A stretch of 54,783 nt of DNA from Octopus bimaculoides (lineage: Eukaryota): the NCBI RefSeq assembly GCF_001194135.2, contig NC_068998.1:49321472-49376254 (forward strand), in the 5' to 3' direction. A program made the position numbers and the translations under genes. Under the pieces are notes generated by a model. The model saw nothing but the letters and a program-made list of their open reading frames with translations, was not told where the DNA came from and made no database searches. Below, piece after piece: positions 1 through 10,551 of this stretch (the first letter of the stretch is position 1; each line of letters begins with the position of its first letter).

Positions 1-31
1 CAACAAAACCCCAAAAGTAAGCACACACACA

Positions 32-545
32 ATGCTCACTGCCATCAACACAAAAAACTCAGAGTTGATGGAATACATCAACACAAAAACAAACATAACA
101 AACGAAGACATAAAAACCAGCAACCACCCGTACACAACACCGCCAGAACACATCAAAATACTACACATTACACCAACCCTGCACCACACACTAAAATCTA
201 TTTTTCCAAAGGCAGTTGGCAAATGCCAAAAATACCTGGCGATAAAACTGTACAAGGATCTCCTCGAAGAAAACCCGAAGGAGGAGACAGGAACTCTCGA
301 AGGGTAAGTGACTCTCTTAAAAACACTAACACTCACATTAGAACTATGCTCAAGATTGGTTGTGTAAATGCGCGTGGCTTGGGGTCCCCTTGGAAACAAG
401 GGTACCTCCTAAACGACATAAAGTCACACAAACTAGAAATCATAGCCATAAGCGAGACCAGATGATCCGCGGGCCCTAGCGTCCATGTTTGGCAAACAGT
501 TCAACATTTATTTTTCTCCCTGTCTGCCGAGAATGGGCGGTAGTG
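32..545 (+). mobile_element. L1/Tx1-like non-LTR retrotransposon fragment: ORF1-like tail plus start of ORF2 AP-endonuclease, cut by a gap
   Basis: 346-465 reads MLKIGCVNARGLGSPWKQGYLLNDIKSHKLEIIAISETR, matching the N-terminal motifs of LINE AP endonucleases (N-x-R-G-L ... I-I-A-I-S-E-T). It is followed by a stop/frameshift and continues as FNIYFSPCLPRMGGS up to the N gap. Clade assignment is an inference. Confidence 0.75.
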
Positions 546-702
546 NNNNNNNNNNNNNNNNNNNNNNNNNNNNNNNNNNNNNNNNNNNNNNNNNNNNNNN
601 NNNNNNNNNNNNNNNNNNNNNNNNNNNNNNNNNNNNNNNNNNNNNTAATTATTCTTTTTCATTCCAGGTGCCAATATATTAAACATTTGCGAAGAGTAAA
701 CA

Positions 703-940
703 TGTCACGCATAAAAAATTCAGCACAACTGTCAGATTTTCAAAGAGGTCATATGTTTTCGAGGTCATCTTAATGCCATTGGCCCGACCATTATATCATC
801 ATCGATACCAGCCCAAAACATGACCACATTTCTCAAACGATATGACAGATATGTGACATAAACCTGATTTGAAATGCGGCGTGTCTGTCACGGTTAAGAC
901 TGTGCAAACAAGCTTATTTCATGTTTTAATTCTGTTCTGA
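703..940 (+). mobile_element. Tc1-like transposase 5' remnant
   Basis: MSRIKNSAQLSDFQRGHM resembles the Tc1 paired-like HTH start (LSDFQRG), then is interrupted by stops. The same motif occurs at 35759-35974 on the - strand. Confidence 0.55.
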
Positions 941-1033
941 AGTTTTATGAACCGTCAATCACTTTACTGTGTATAGTGTATTGTCTAAGAAATTTTGAAA
1001 AAATAATCATTACTTTACCTTTGAAACTTGCAG

Positions 1034-1160
1034 GTGTTGCCGTACCCCAAGATTGCGGTAAACTAGCAAGAAGGTATTGCGATGCAAACTACGACGAGAG
1101 TCTTTCGCAGAATGGCTTCTGCATGTAAATATGATTCTAATGCTAATGTGATAAAACTAG

Positions 1161-1202
<42 letters not shown>

Positions 1203-2153
1203 NNNNNNNNNNNNNNNNNNNNNNNNNNNNNNNNNNNNNNNNNNNNNNNNNNNNNNNNNNNNNNNNNNNNNNNNNNNNNNNNNNNNNNNNNNNNNNNNNN
1301 NNNNNNNNNNNNNNNNNNNNNNNNAATATTCTATAATTATAAATATAATTATAATCAGGGGTCAGCCAATTGCTTCGCCACGCACCGAATTAGAAATAGG
1401 ATGTAAATGCCTATTCTAGTACCATAAAAGATCTCTCAGACAGTAACACACTTCTTTCCGTAGGCAAAAAGAAAAAAATATAACGAATCCACACGACTCA
1501 GATTAGCTACATAGGCGTTTCGAGATTAAAGTAAAGTTATATTTAATTGCTTCTCATCTTCAGCATTTCCAAATATGAATTTGAGATTATTAGGATTATT
1601 GTAATTATTGAAATCACAATTTACTCCCTGATTGAAAACTACAGATTCTGGGGGAATGTTCGTAACACACACGTGGATATTGGGGATAAATATGTGTTCA
1701 CATTCGGCTGTATATTTCTGGGAGTGTAGTTGAATATCTGTTATGCGATGGCACTTGATCGCGTACATATTTAATCCTAACACTCTCAAATTTATATTTC
1801 GAAATCCTGCACTGAAGATGAGAAATAAGTATGTAAATATGACTTTACTTTAATCTCGAAACGCGTATGTAGCTAATCTGGATTCGTTATTTTTTTTCTT
1901 TTTACTTACGTAAAAACGTGTATTAATATCTGGGAGATCTTTTATGGTAGTTGAAAAGGCATTTAACCCCTATTTCTAATTAGGTGCGTGGCAAAGCAAT
2001 TGGCTGACTCCTGATTATAATTATGTTCATAATTAGAGAATATTTGTATAATTTTACCTAAAAGTTTATTTTAACGTACTGACTACTACTTAGTAAAATT
2101 ATTAATTATTAATTAATTCATTCATTAATTAATTCATTAATTTTACCCTATTA

Positions 2154-2223
<70 letters not shown>

Positions 2224-2533
2224 CTTATGTTAGACTTTTGCATTACATTTGTAGAAGTTGGCTCCAAGTCTCCCCCAGAGATCTCAAGAGACAAGTTAGA
2301 AGTTCCTGTTGGCGTTATACCTAGGGTGCCATATATTTGGTTTTGTACATAGTGTTGTTCTAGAGAATGTTTAAGAAACCATAAGAAAATTATGTGTTTG
2401 TTTTGAGATTTGAGATTACATAGACAGTATTTTACGTAGGATATGGGCAGTTCCTATGAGCACTATCTTTTGAATTTTTGCCATTTTGGGGGTTTCCTGG
2501 TATCTGAGTTAGGTAACAATCAGCCGTTTTTGC

Positions 2534-2566
<33 letters not shown>

Positions 2567-2617
2567 CAAATGATGGCTGGACGAAAAACACAGACATACA
2601 AAAATGTATACATACAC

Positions 2618-2652
<35 letters not shown>

Positions 2653-3032
2653 TGTATGTATGTATGTATGTATGTATGCATGTATGTATGTATGTATGTA
2701 TGTATGTATGCATGTATGATATGGGTGATAACTTCTGTGTCAAATCCACAATGTCTGCATCGGTTGTCTTGCGTCCCTATCCCTTTTGTGCATCAGGTAT
2801 TTGGCTGATATTTCTTGTTCCTGGATAGTAAACACATACCCTTGAAAGTGGGAAGTAGAAACCATTCTATTGGTCCATGATAGACTGCTTTGATGATCAA
2901 TGTTACCAACATCTCGGAGCTTTCTACTAACATATCGATGCGTAACCTTCAGCTCGTATAGGCTCATCATTTCATCTGATGTTACGTTGCGGTAGAGTCG
3001 TGTGACAATCTTTGGGCATGTATATATGGATG

Positions 3033-3064
<32 letters not shown>

Positions 3065-6000
3065 TGTATGTATGTATGTATGTATATATGCATGCATGCA
3101 TGTTTGTATTTATATAAGTGTGTGTGTATATATACATATTCATCGGTTTACTTTTGTTTCTCTGTTTTCTAACACGAAACTCTCATATCTGTGTTTCAGT
3201 GTATATAAAATAGTATGCATGCAGATGTATACTTCTTCGAGTTCCTGTCTAATTTCTTACCGTATGACAACTATTATTTGCTTTGTCCTATCTTCGTTAT
3301 TTAGCGAGACATTTTTACACTGGTCAATGGTTATTTGAAAGAAGGTTTTTTTCTGCTTAAATTTTTCCAGCCAATACGATGACTTTCAACAATGTTTTAA
3401 GGACGTAAACACATATTGTTATGGCTACTTTGAGTTTGTCCAGAGGAAAGTGTGCAAGGTAATATATTTTCTTTTTTCACTAGTCTTTGTAAAATAGCCT
3501 ATCGCTAAAGAATATAGAACATGATATTTATTTTTCCAAAATCTTTGTGAGATTTGAGAATATATATTGAACCATTCTTTCAATAAATGCAGAGAGCGGG
3601 CGTGAGAATTGTTATGTCGCTCGAGAAATGCTTGAGTGCATTCTTTCCGTTTCTTTACGATCTGAGTTCAAATGGCGTTAAGTGCAGTTTTGCTTGTTAC
3701 CCTTTGCAAGCCAATGACGTAAGTACCAGCTGTTCACTGGAGTGGATGAGACAGACTTGCCTTTTCATTTAAAACTGATGGCGCCGTTCCGAAATTAGAA
3801 AGAATTATAATCTTAATTTCAAGGGCATATCTTTACTATCCAGGAACGAGAGATATCAACCAAATACCTGATGCACAAAAATGGGTAGGGATGGATGACA
3901 AAGGATGCAGACTTTGTTGAGCTGACACCGAAAATACCATCCATATCACACGCAGGAGAGCTTACTTAAGCTCTTGGTCCCATTAGATCCTGTCCAAAAT
4001 ATGTCGATACGAAACATAGACCTTAAGGGATATTAATACTGATAATGATGATAATGATGATGATGTTGATGATAATGATGATGATGTGGATGTCGATTAT
4101 ATCCATATTTATATATACATAAATGTACATCTGTATGCACTAACTACCTCACATACACATACGCACGCACCCATACGCACACACACACACAAATACACAC
4201 ACATACGCACACTCACACACAGACAAAAACATTGAAAGGAATTCTCGAACGCAAACGCAGAATGACTGGGTACATAGTCTAGAATATCGGGTAAAAACCA
4301 TTACAAGACTGCGAAAGAAACTGGCCAGGTTGACTCTACTGATTATCGAAGTCCAGTAAGACAAATACTGTGTTTTATAATGCTTTCTAAAACCGTTTGG
4401 AATATCACCAATTGTTTACTATCGTAAAAGCTACAATGAAATAGCGCTGAGCATGAATTCAAGAATCAAAATGTTTTATTCTCTGAAGAACCTTGCTTAC
4501 AAATTCTGTCCCTTGGTCTAAGAATATTTACCCGATTATATATTTCTCTTTTCATAACCACCCTACGTTCGAGAATTCTGTTATTTTCTCTATAGTACCC
4601 ACTCACTCGGCGCTTTGTAGCCTCTTTACAAAATGTTCTCATATTTCAGAAACTATGTTTTAGCATTGTAAAATAAATCTGTTTATTGTCAGGGGTCTCA
4701 TAGCGCAATAGTACAGAGCAATCAGCTGGAAATTGAGAGATATAGAGTTCGATTCTCCCTAGAAGCCAGCCGACAACATTATGTCCGTGCTGTAAGGATA
4801 CTTGTCCGATTCTCTTAGTGAGCATATATACATATTGATACATAGGTAGATACATAGAAGTATATTCATGTATCTGTCTATATACCCTCCATTTATCTAT
4901 ACATATACACAAATATGTGTGTATAAGAAAATATTTTAATTCTTTTGGGCTCTCATGTTGCATTTAAATTTTTTTGTTTTTGCTTCAGAATTTTCCGAAA
5001 GCTACAACGCCGAGCCACTCAAGATCCCCCAAACCATACGCGGTGTGTATTAGTATCTAAAATATATTGCACCCACATTATTCAATGAAAGACACGATAC
5101 ATGCTATATAACAGTTATATTCCGTTTTCATATCACTGACAAAATCCAATAATGAAATTACACTGCATCTTCACGGAAACATTATACTCACGGCAATATA
5201 GCGGCGTTATTGTTGCGATATTCTTACATTAAACCTATATTATTGTAGTTAAAAGGAAGCTGATGTAAACTATGATGCCGATTATATCTTTTATATGAAA
5301 ATGGCAGGTTTCAAAACAGCACGATTTGAAATAAACATGGTGTGATAAATTTCTAATATACATATTTTTAAATATTCTTCCGTTTATGCTATTTACCTAT
5401 GGTATTAACCATATATTAGGTCATATTCCATATAGTCTTGACCATATGGTACTTAATTTATCGACCACAAATGACGTTATGCAAAGTCGACCTCGGCTGA
5501 ATTTGTATTCAGAACGTAAATGTGAGAGAAATACCGCCCAATGTTTTGTTAGGCGTACTAAATTTTCTACCAGCTCACTGCCTTAAACACATTACAATAA
5601 TGCCGGTGTTGTTGGCACTCCCTCGCTTACGACGTCGAAGGTTCCTGTTGATCCGCTCAACGGAACAGCCTGCTCGTGAAATTAACGTGCAAGTGGCTGA
5701 GCACTCCACAGACACGTGTACCCTTAACGTAGCTCTCGGGGATATTCAGCGTGACACAGTGTGACAAGGCCGACCCTTTGAATTACAGGCACAACAGAAA
5801 CAGGAAGTAAGAGTGAGAGAAAGTTGTGGTGAAAGAGTACAGCAGGGTTCGCCACCATCCCCTGCCGGAGCCACGTGGAGCTTTAGGTATTTTCGCTCAA
5901 TAAACACTCACAACGCCCGGTCTGGGAATCGAAACCGCGATCCTATGACCGCGAGTCCGCTGCCCTAACCACTGGGCCATTGCGCCTCCACCAATAATGC

Positions 6001-6426
6001 CGGTAACAATCGTATAAGGAAAATTTGTAATAGATTGCACTAATACAAATAAAATCAAACTAAAAACATACAACAAAGATGTTAATGAATTATAATCACT
6101 ACTATCTGTAAGGATGTTGATACAACTGTAATGCTCACGCAATGGAATTTTGACATTCATACTTTGATACTAGTCAAGGTGTGTGACATAGTGTGTTGAG
6201 TATTTGGCTCACGATGGTAAGGTTGTGACCTCTATTCCCGGCGACGCTTTAAGTCGTTGTGTAATATCTATAGTTAATACAAAATTACATGGATTAAATG
6301 TCTTATGAAATTTGGACCAAATTTGCATAAAACTAAGTTTAAATGAATGTTTTAATCTTCTATTTGCAGGAGAAGTTCCAAACAATATTGTTCACAGCGA
6401 GTCTCACATTTCTGAAATATATTTAA
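1034..6426 (+). CDS. Unit 1 of the Cys-rich secreted/GPI-like precursor family (5' partial; signal exon not visible)
   Basis: Head exon 1034-1124 (ttgcag|..|gtaaat, phase 1 to 2): [30 protein letters not shown]. Terminal exon 6370-6426 (tttgcag|): [19 protein letters not shown] tentative internal chain keeps one open frame: 3200-3212 (IVYKI), 3444-3458 (RKVCK), 4989-5042 ([18 protein letters not shown]). Head and tail are supported by paralogy; the internal exons are uncertain because alternative donors exist at 3261 and 5046. Confidence 0.6.
1325..2045. mobile_element. MITE/foldback non-autonomous DNA element with about 210-bp inverted arms
   Basis: 1325-1545 (aatattctataattat..ataatcaggggtcagccaattgc..gagattaaagtaaagttatattta) is the reverse complement of about 1835-2045 (taaatatgactttactttaatctcg..caattggctgactcctgattataattat..gagaatatt). 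The spacer has no convincing ORF. Confidence 0.75.
2150..2222. repeat. (ATT)n microsatellite
   Basis: Direct reading. Confidence 0.95.
2400..3010 (-). mobile_element. R4/Dong-like (restriction-like endonuclease) non-LTR retrotransposon 3' fragment, interrupted by microsatellites
   Basis: The minus strand gives [22 protein letters not shown], then a frameshifted [13 protein letters not shown] (CCHC knuckle start), and [20 protein letters not shown]. These are typical C-terminal motifs of R2/R4-type elements. Confidence 0.75.
2620..3095. repeat. (TATG)n microsatellite blocks (2620-2720, 3030-3095)
   Basis: Direct reading; these produce the MYVC/HTYI pseudo-ORFs. Confidence 0.95.
3820..3960 (+). 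mobile_element. Second R4/Dong-like fragment, inverted relative to 2732-2843
   Basis: Reads [29 protein letters not shown] and is clearly homologous to the minus-strand copy. Confidence 0.7.
5440..5582 (-). mobile_element. tRNA-derived SINE family A, degenerate
   Basis: Shares ggtacttaatttatcgacc..gcaaagtcgacctcggc..gaactcagaacgt..ccagctc with many copies in the window. Confidence 0.7.
5608..5991 (-). mobile_element. Full-length tRNA-derived SINE family B with 13-bp target-site duplication
   Basis: Head gtggaggcgcaatggcccagtggttagggcagcggactcgcgg..ggtttcgattccc (A/B-box-like) and a (caa)n tail. TSD caataatgccggt at 5595-5607 and 5992-6004. Closely similar to 13031-13427. Confidence 0.9.
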
Positions 6427-7582
6427 GCGTTCTGATGCTAGAAATATATATCCCAATGGTAATTTCATGGTTTTACTGATTCGTTAGTTTCATATTTCCG
6501 AAGTCCCGTTCAGTCAAACTAGCGAAGTTTACTGTAGTAAACTTGATGTATATACTTAATTACTTCATATAATAAATTTAATAATTTACGTACATGGCGC
6601 AATTCTATTGAAATTATGATTGATAATAAATTACACAAATTTCTACAAGTGGTACATGTGAATTTTAAAGTATAGATTTTCAGCTATTTAATCCTTTCCT
6701 CATTATTCTGGCCGTACCAAGGAGGCAAAAACTTTTGTAATCGATCTACTGGGCGCTCTATTCCAATTTCCAAATATAAATAAAACGATGACAGTTGCCG
6801 TTCTTCATTCTAAGCAGAATGAAAAAGTTTTCACTTAAGACACTGGAATAAGTACAAGAAGAAACTAGTGTAAAACAATTATATATATAAAGTATAACGT
6901 TGAAGACGACGAGGCTGCATAGTTCACAGATTTGTGATCTACATGGCCAACCTATATAGAGTTCGTAGGCAAGGACCAGATTATCGGAAGCTGAATGCAT
7001 CACTGCCGGTGTGCCTAATCTATCGAGACTAGATTAGCAAAATAGTTAAGCAGGCGTTGACGAAGTTAGTTGTCAACAACAAATGGTGGTTTACCCTGAA
7101 AACAGCAATTAGTGTACCATTGATTACGCTTAATAATACATTAGCGATAGAAAGGAATAGATTCCCCACAAAAAAAAAAACGGAATAGGGAATTAATATT
7201 TTTTGAGAATATTTGAGATGAGACACTGTAAAATTTATTAGTAACATACACTTATATCTATTGATTTCAAATTTTCGCACAAGGCCAGCAAATTGGAGGA
7301 AGGGTATCAGTCGGTTACATGGATTCCCCTTAAATGGTGAAAAACAAAGTCGACACTGGCGGAATCTCAACTGCTAATGTGAAGACGATCGAAATTCTGC
7401 TAAGCGTTTTACCGGCTCAACGACTTTACATCTGTATATAATGACATTTTAAAGGGAATAAAATCTGATATAGATATATCACATTGTTTTAAAATAATTT
7501 TAAAAATGAATAAGTGTAGAAATAATTAACTCATTTGATATCGTATTTCGTCCCTCTTTTACGGAAGCAGCAACATCCATAA

Positions 7583-7980
7583 TTATATATATGCAAACCA
7601 TCTATATATATATGTACAACTTTTTAAACCAGACAATGTTCTAAAAAGACACCCACATATATTGCACCCCTGATTTGGACCACCAATACCTGCAGATAAG
7701 TTCTGCTCTTTGTAGATCTTAACATGTCTTTTGAGGCCTCCGTTGGATTTGCCAACCTTCTGACATACACTGCATTCAAAGGTGTGCACAGCCATATATT
7801 CAGAATAGTTGGTGGAGGTCAGTTTTCCATGCGTTTGCAGATGAGATTTGAAGTCAGCCAAAGACAGGCATAGTCTGTCATAGACTGTGCACACCAAAAA
7901 GGTCATTGTCATTCACCTTCTCAATCGTTACATTCTTCCTTAGATCTCTTTTGAGTCTCACTTGCGTTATCCTGGCCTCT
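7583..7980 (-). mobile_element. RTE-like LINE 3' end encoding C-terminal C2H2-like zinc fingers (decayed)
   Basis: FLVCTVYDRLCLSLADFKSHLQTH, FECSVCQKVGKSNGGLKRHVKIY, GCNICGCLFRTLSGLKS. Homologous to 24505-24929, which is attached to RTE post-RT motifs. Confidence 0.7.
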
Positions 7981-9644
7981 TCATTTAATTTGTGAATTAC
8001 ATCGTACCAGTTCGACAATAGCTATTGAAAAGTAATAGAGAAATGAAGTCATCAATATGACAAGTAGAAAAGAAAAAGTTCTACCGAATAAATAATATGA
8101 GTGGGCACCTACCCATGTCAACAAGATGTAACTGTACTGAACTACTGAAATAGAAACTTGGGGGAGATATACTCAATGCCAGTTGCATGAGGTTACGCAT
8201 GGTTACACATCACATACATCTGAGCCTAGTGACATCAGTCAGGTTACATCATATCTCAATTTAAAGTTTACGCATTCTACCAGCAACACAGATAACAACT
8301 AAATATTTAATACACCAGGAAGAAACGAATGCTCCTAACCCACCATGTTAATATATATATATATATATATATTTCATGCAGTAAGCATAAATTTGTTAGA
8401 AGTGGTACTATTATGGTTTTCGTGACAGAGAAATACTATCCTGTAGGTCGAAGCATGGATCAAATTTGTGAATTCAGAGGCCAAAATTTGGTCGTCGGAC
8501 CTAACCCAATGAAAATTATGACCCCCCCACCCATTGTATGCTGATACTATTTTTGATTTGCACATCAGATGCGTAAACGTCATCAAAAATTAAATGACAA
8601 ACAGAACATTTGTAGAAAGCTAATAGGCAACTTGCAGCTTTTATATAGAGGCTATAGTTTTTCATGAGTACCTAAAATTATAGGTACAGTGAGCGGTCAA
8701 GTAACAAATTTCCTGTAAATCTTAGAACTCCTGAAGTTGTGCAACAAGAAACAAAGCAAAGTGATTCGAATTTCGAACATATATGAACACTATCATGTAA
8801 CATGCAATCATTTCACACTCCTAAATACTTGTTCCCAAGTCACCTGAACTGAAGCACTTATACTGAGTGAAAAGTAGTCATAAACATCCAGTAGACTGTA
8901 CAAAAGAGTAATGTCAACCTCTACTCAGTCGCGGCCAATTTAACGCTGGGCCGCCTATTCAGCTTCAGATCAATCTTAATTCGATGTCTTGCACTATGAT
9001 GGACCAGTGGTAAGCAGCATTTTGACATACAATAATCGAAATTTGGTTCAGTTGTTGAAAAGTTATGATAAAAAATATGGGGGAAAAATTGTGGGAGAAA
9101 AGCTTAACTCGTAATTTCTCACATATTTAAAAGAAAATCTATTCTTTAATTCTGACTATTTAAAGACCTGAAGGGGTCGAATCTTATAGTGAAAACCTCG
9201 TTAAAAGATATTTCAGAGAAAACCTTCTGTACCAAAAAGATTGGTAAGTAATGCCTAAAACGGACTGTAACTCAAAATATCTCAGTTATTTGTAAAGCAA
9301 ACTATACATTATTTGTTTTCAAATGAAATATGTCTAATAGATGTATCGTTTCTTGCAAACCGCATAAAAACATATTAACGACAAAAGTATTTATGCAGCT
9401 TTCACTAATTGCCAGTTGAAAATATATGTCTTACTTGTAATTACAAAGATACATGACAGCTTGTCAATTCAAGGCAAATATAAAACCTAGTCTACAATGG
9501 TTTTGTTTTTTAGTCGACCTTCTCTCCTAATTCTTTTGATTCCGCATTGATCATAATTAGTGTTTTAATTTTTTTTATTGTTCCTCACTTTTTTAACTTT
9601 TTTTTTTATTTCTATAGTCCTATATTTAAGAGATGAGGAAATAT

Positions 9645-9775
9645 GTATATCATTTACATTATTTACAATATTTACATTTCACTGATATTTGTTCTCATCT
9701 CGTTTGTTGTTCACACAACGTTTCGGCTGATATCCCCTCCAGCCTTCATCAGGTGTCTTGGGGAATTTTTTTTTA
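9645..9775 (-). mobile_element. 3' tail of a SINE/Penelope-like repeat carrying a minimal hammerhead ribozyme motif
   Basis: Minus strand: gacac-CTGATGA-a-ggctg(gaggggatat)cagcc-GAAA-c-gtt-gtgt. It ends in gatgagaacaaatatcagtgaaatgtaaatattgtaaataatgtaaa, a tail shared with the repeat at 43160-43410. Confidence 0.6.
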
Positions 9776-10209
9776 TTTCTGATAAATATGAATTAAAAAC
9801 AAATCGTCCTAATTTGGCAGATTTCATAATACTCAACGTAAAGAAAGTGCTATTCACTTTAGAATTTCTAACAAAAATGAATAGGCATAAATTATTGATC
9901 AATAAGATATGAAATAATAAGAAAGAGCGATCTAAATTTAGTATTAGAATAAAGATGATTAACCTTGCTGGATCGCCTGTAAAAGAAAGTGGAATTTAAC
10001 GAAAAATGAGAGCAAAGGATAATAATATACTTAGGTATGCAATAAACCTAGAAAAATACAGGACAAGAAAGAAGCCTAAATAAGAAGATATATTCATATA
10101 CACACATATATGCTTACACTGATATACATATATGTGTGTGTATGTATATAAATGTTTGTAAACTCATCTATTCAGTGTTATTTCTTTTTTCCTCATCCTA
10201 GGCTTATAT

Positions 10210-10210
10210 G

Positions 10211-10260
<50 letters not shown>

Positions 10261-10299
10261 ATAATAATAATAATAATAATAATAATGATAATAGCAATA

Positions 10300-10366
<67 letters not shown>

Positions 10367-10370
10367 TAAT
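10210..10370. repeat. Compound (CTA)n(AAT)n microsatellite
   Basis: Direct reading; source of the poly-T/N/I and poly-I/L/V ORFs. Confidence 0.95.
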
Positions 10371-10551
10371 ATAATCAAAAAAAAATTATGATAATAAACT
10401 TGAAAAGGACGAGCATTGTAAATGACATACATAACTTATGTGAATGTATAACGTTAAATAGTTAAAACACGTGTTACAGGTTATTCCCTTTATATTGAGA
10501 GATTACATGTACGAGACCAGTAAAGTTAGTGTTCAACACGAAACACCATTG

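Noticed and set aside
668-696. Strong acceptor ttctttttcattccag followed by GANILNICE
   Set aside because: It abuts a gap and a Tc1 remnant, has a weak donor, and does not match any exon type of the family.
7583-7912. Stand-alone C2H2 zinc-finger gene
   Set aside because: The fingers are degenerate, and the homologous copy at 24505 is contiguous with RTE LINE sequence.
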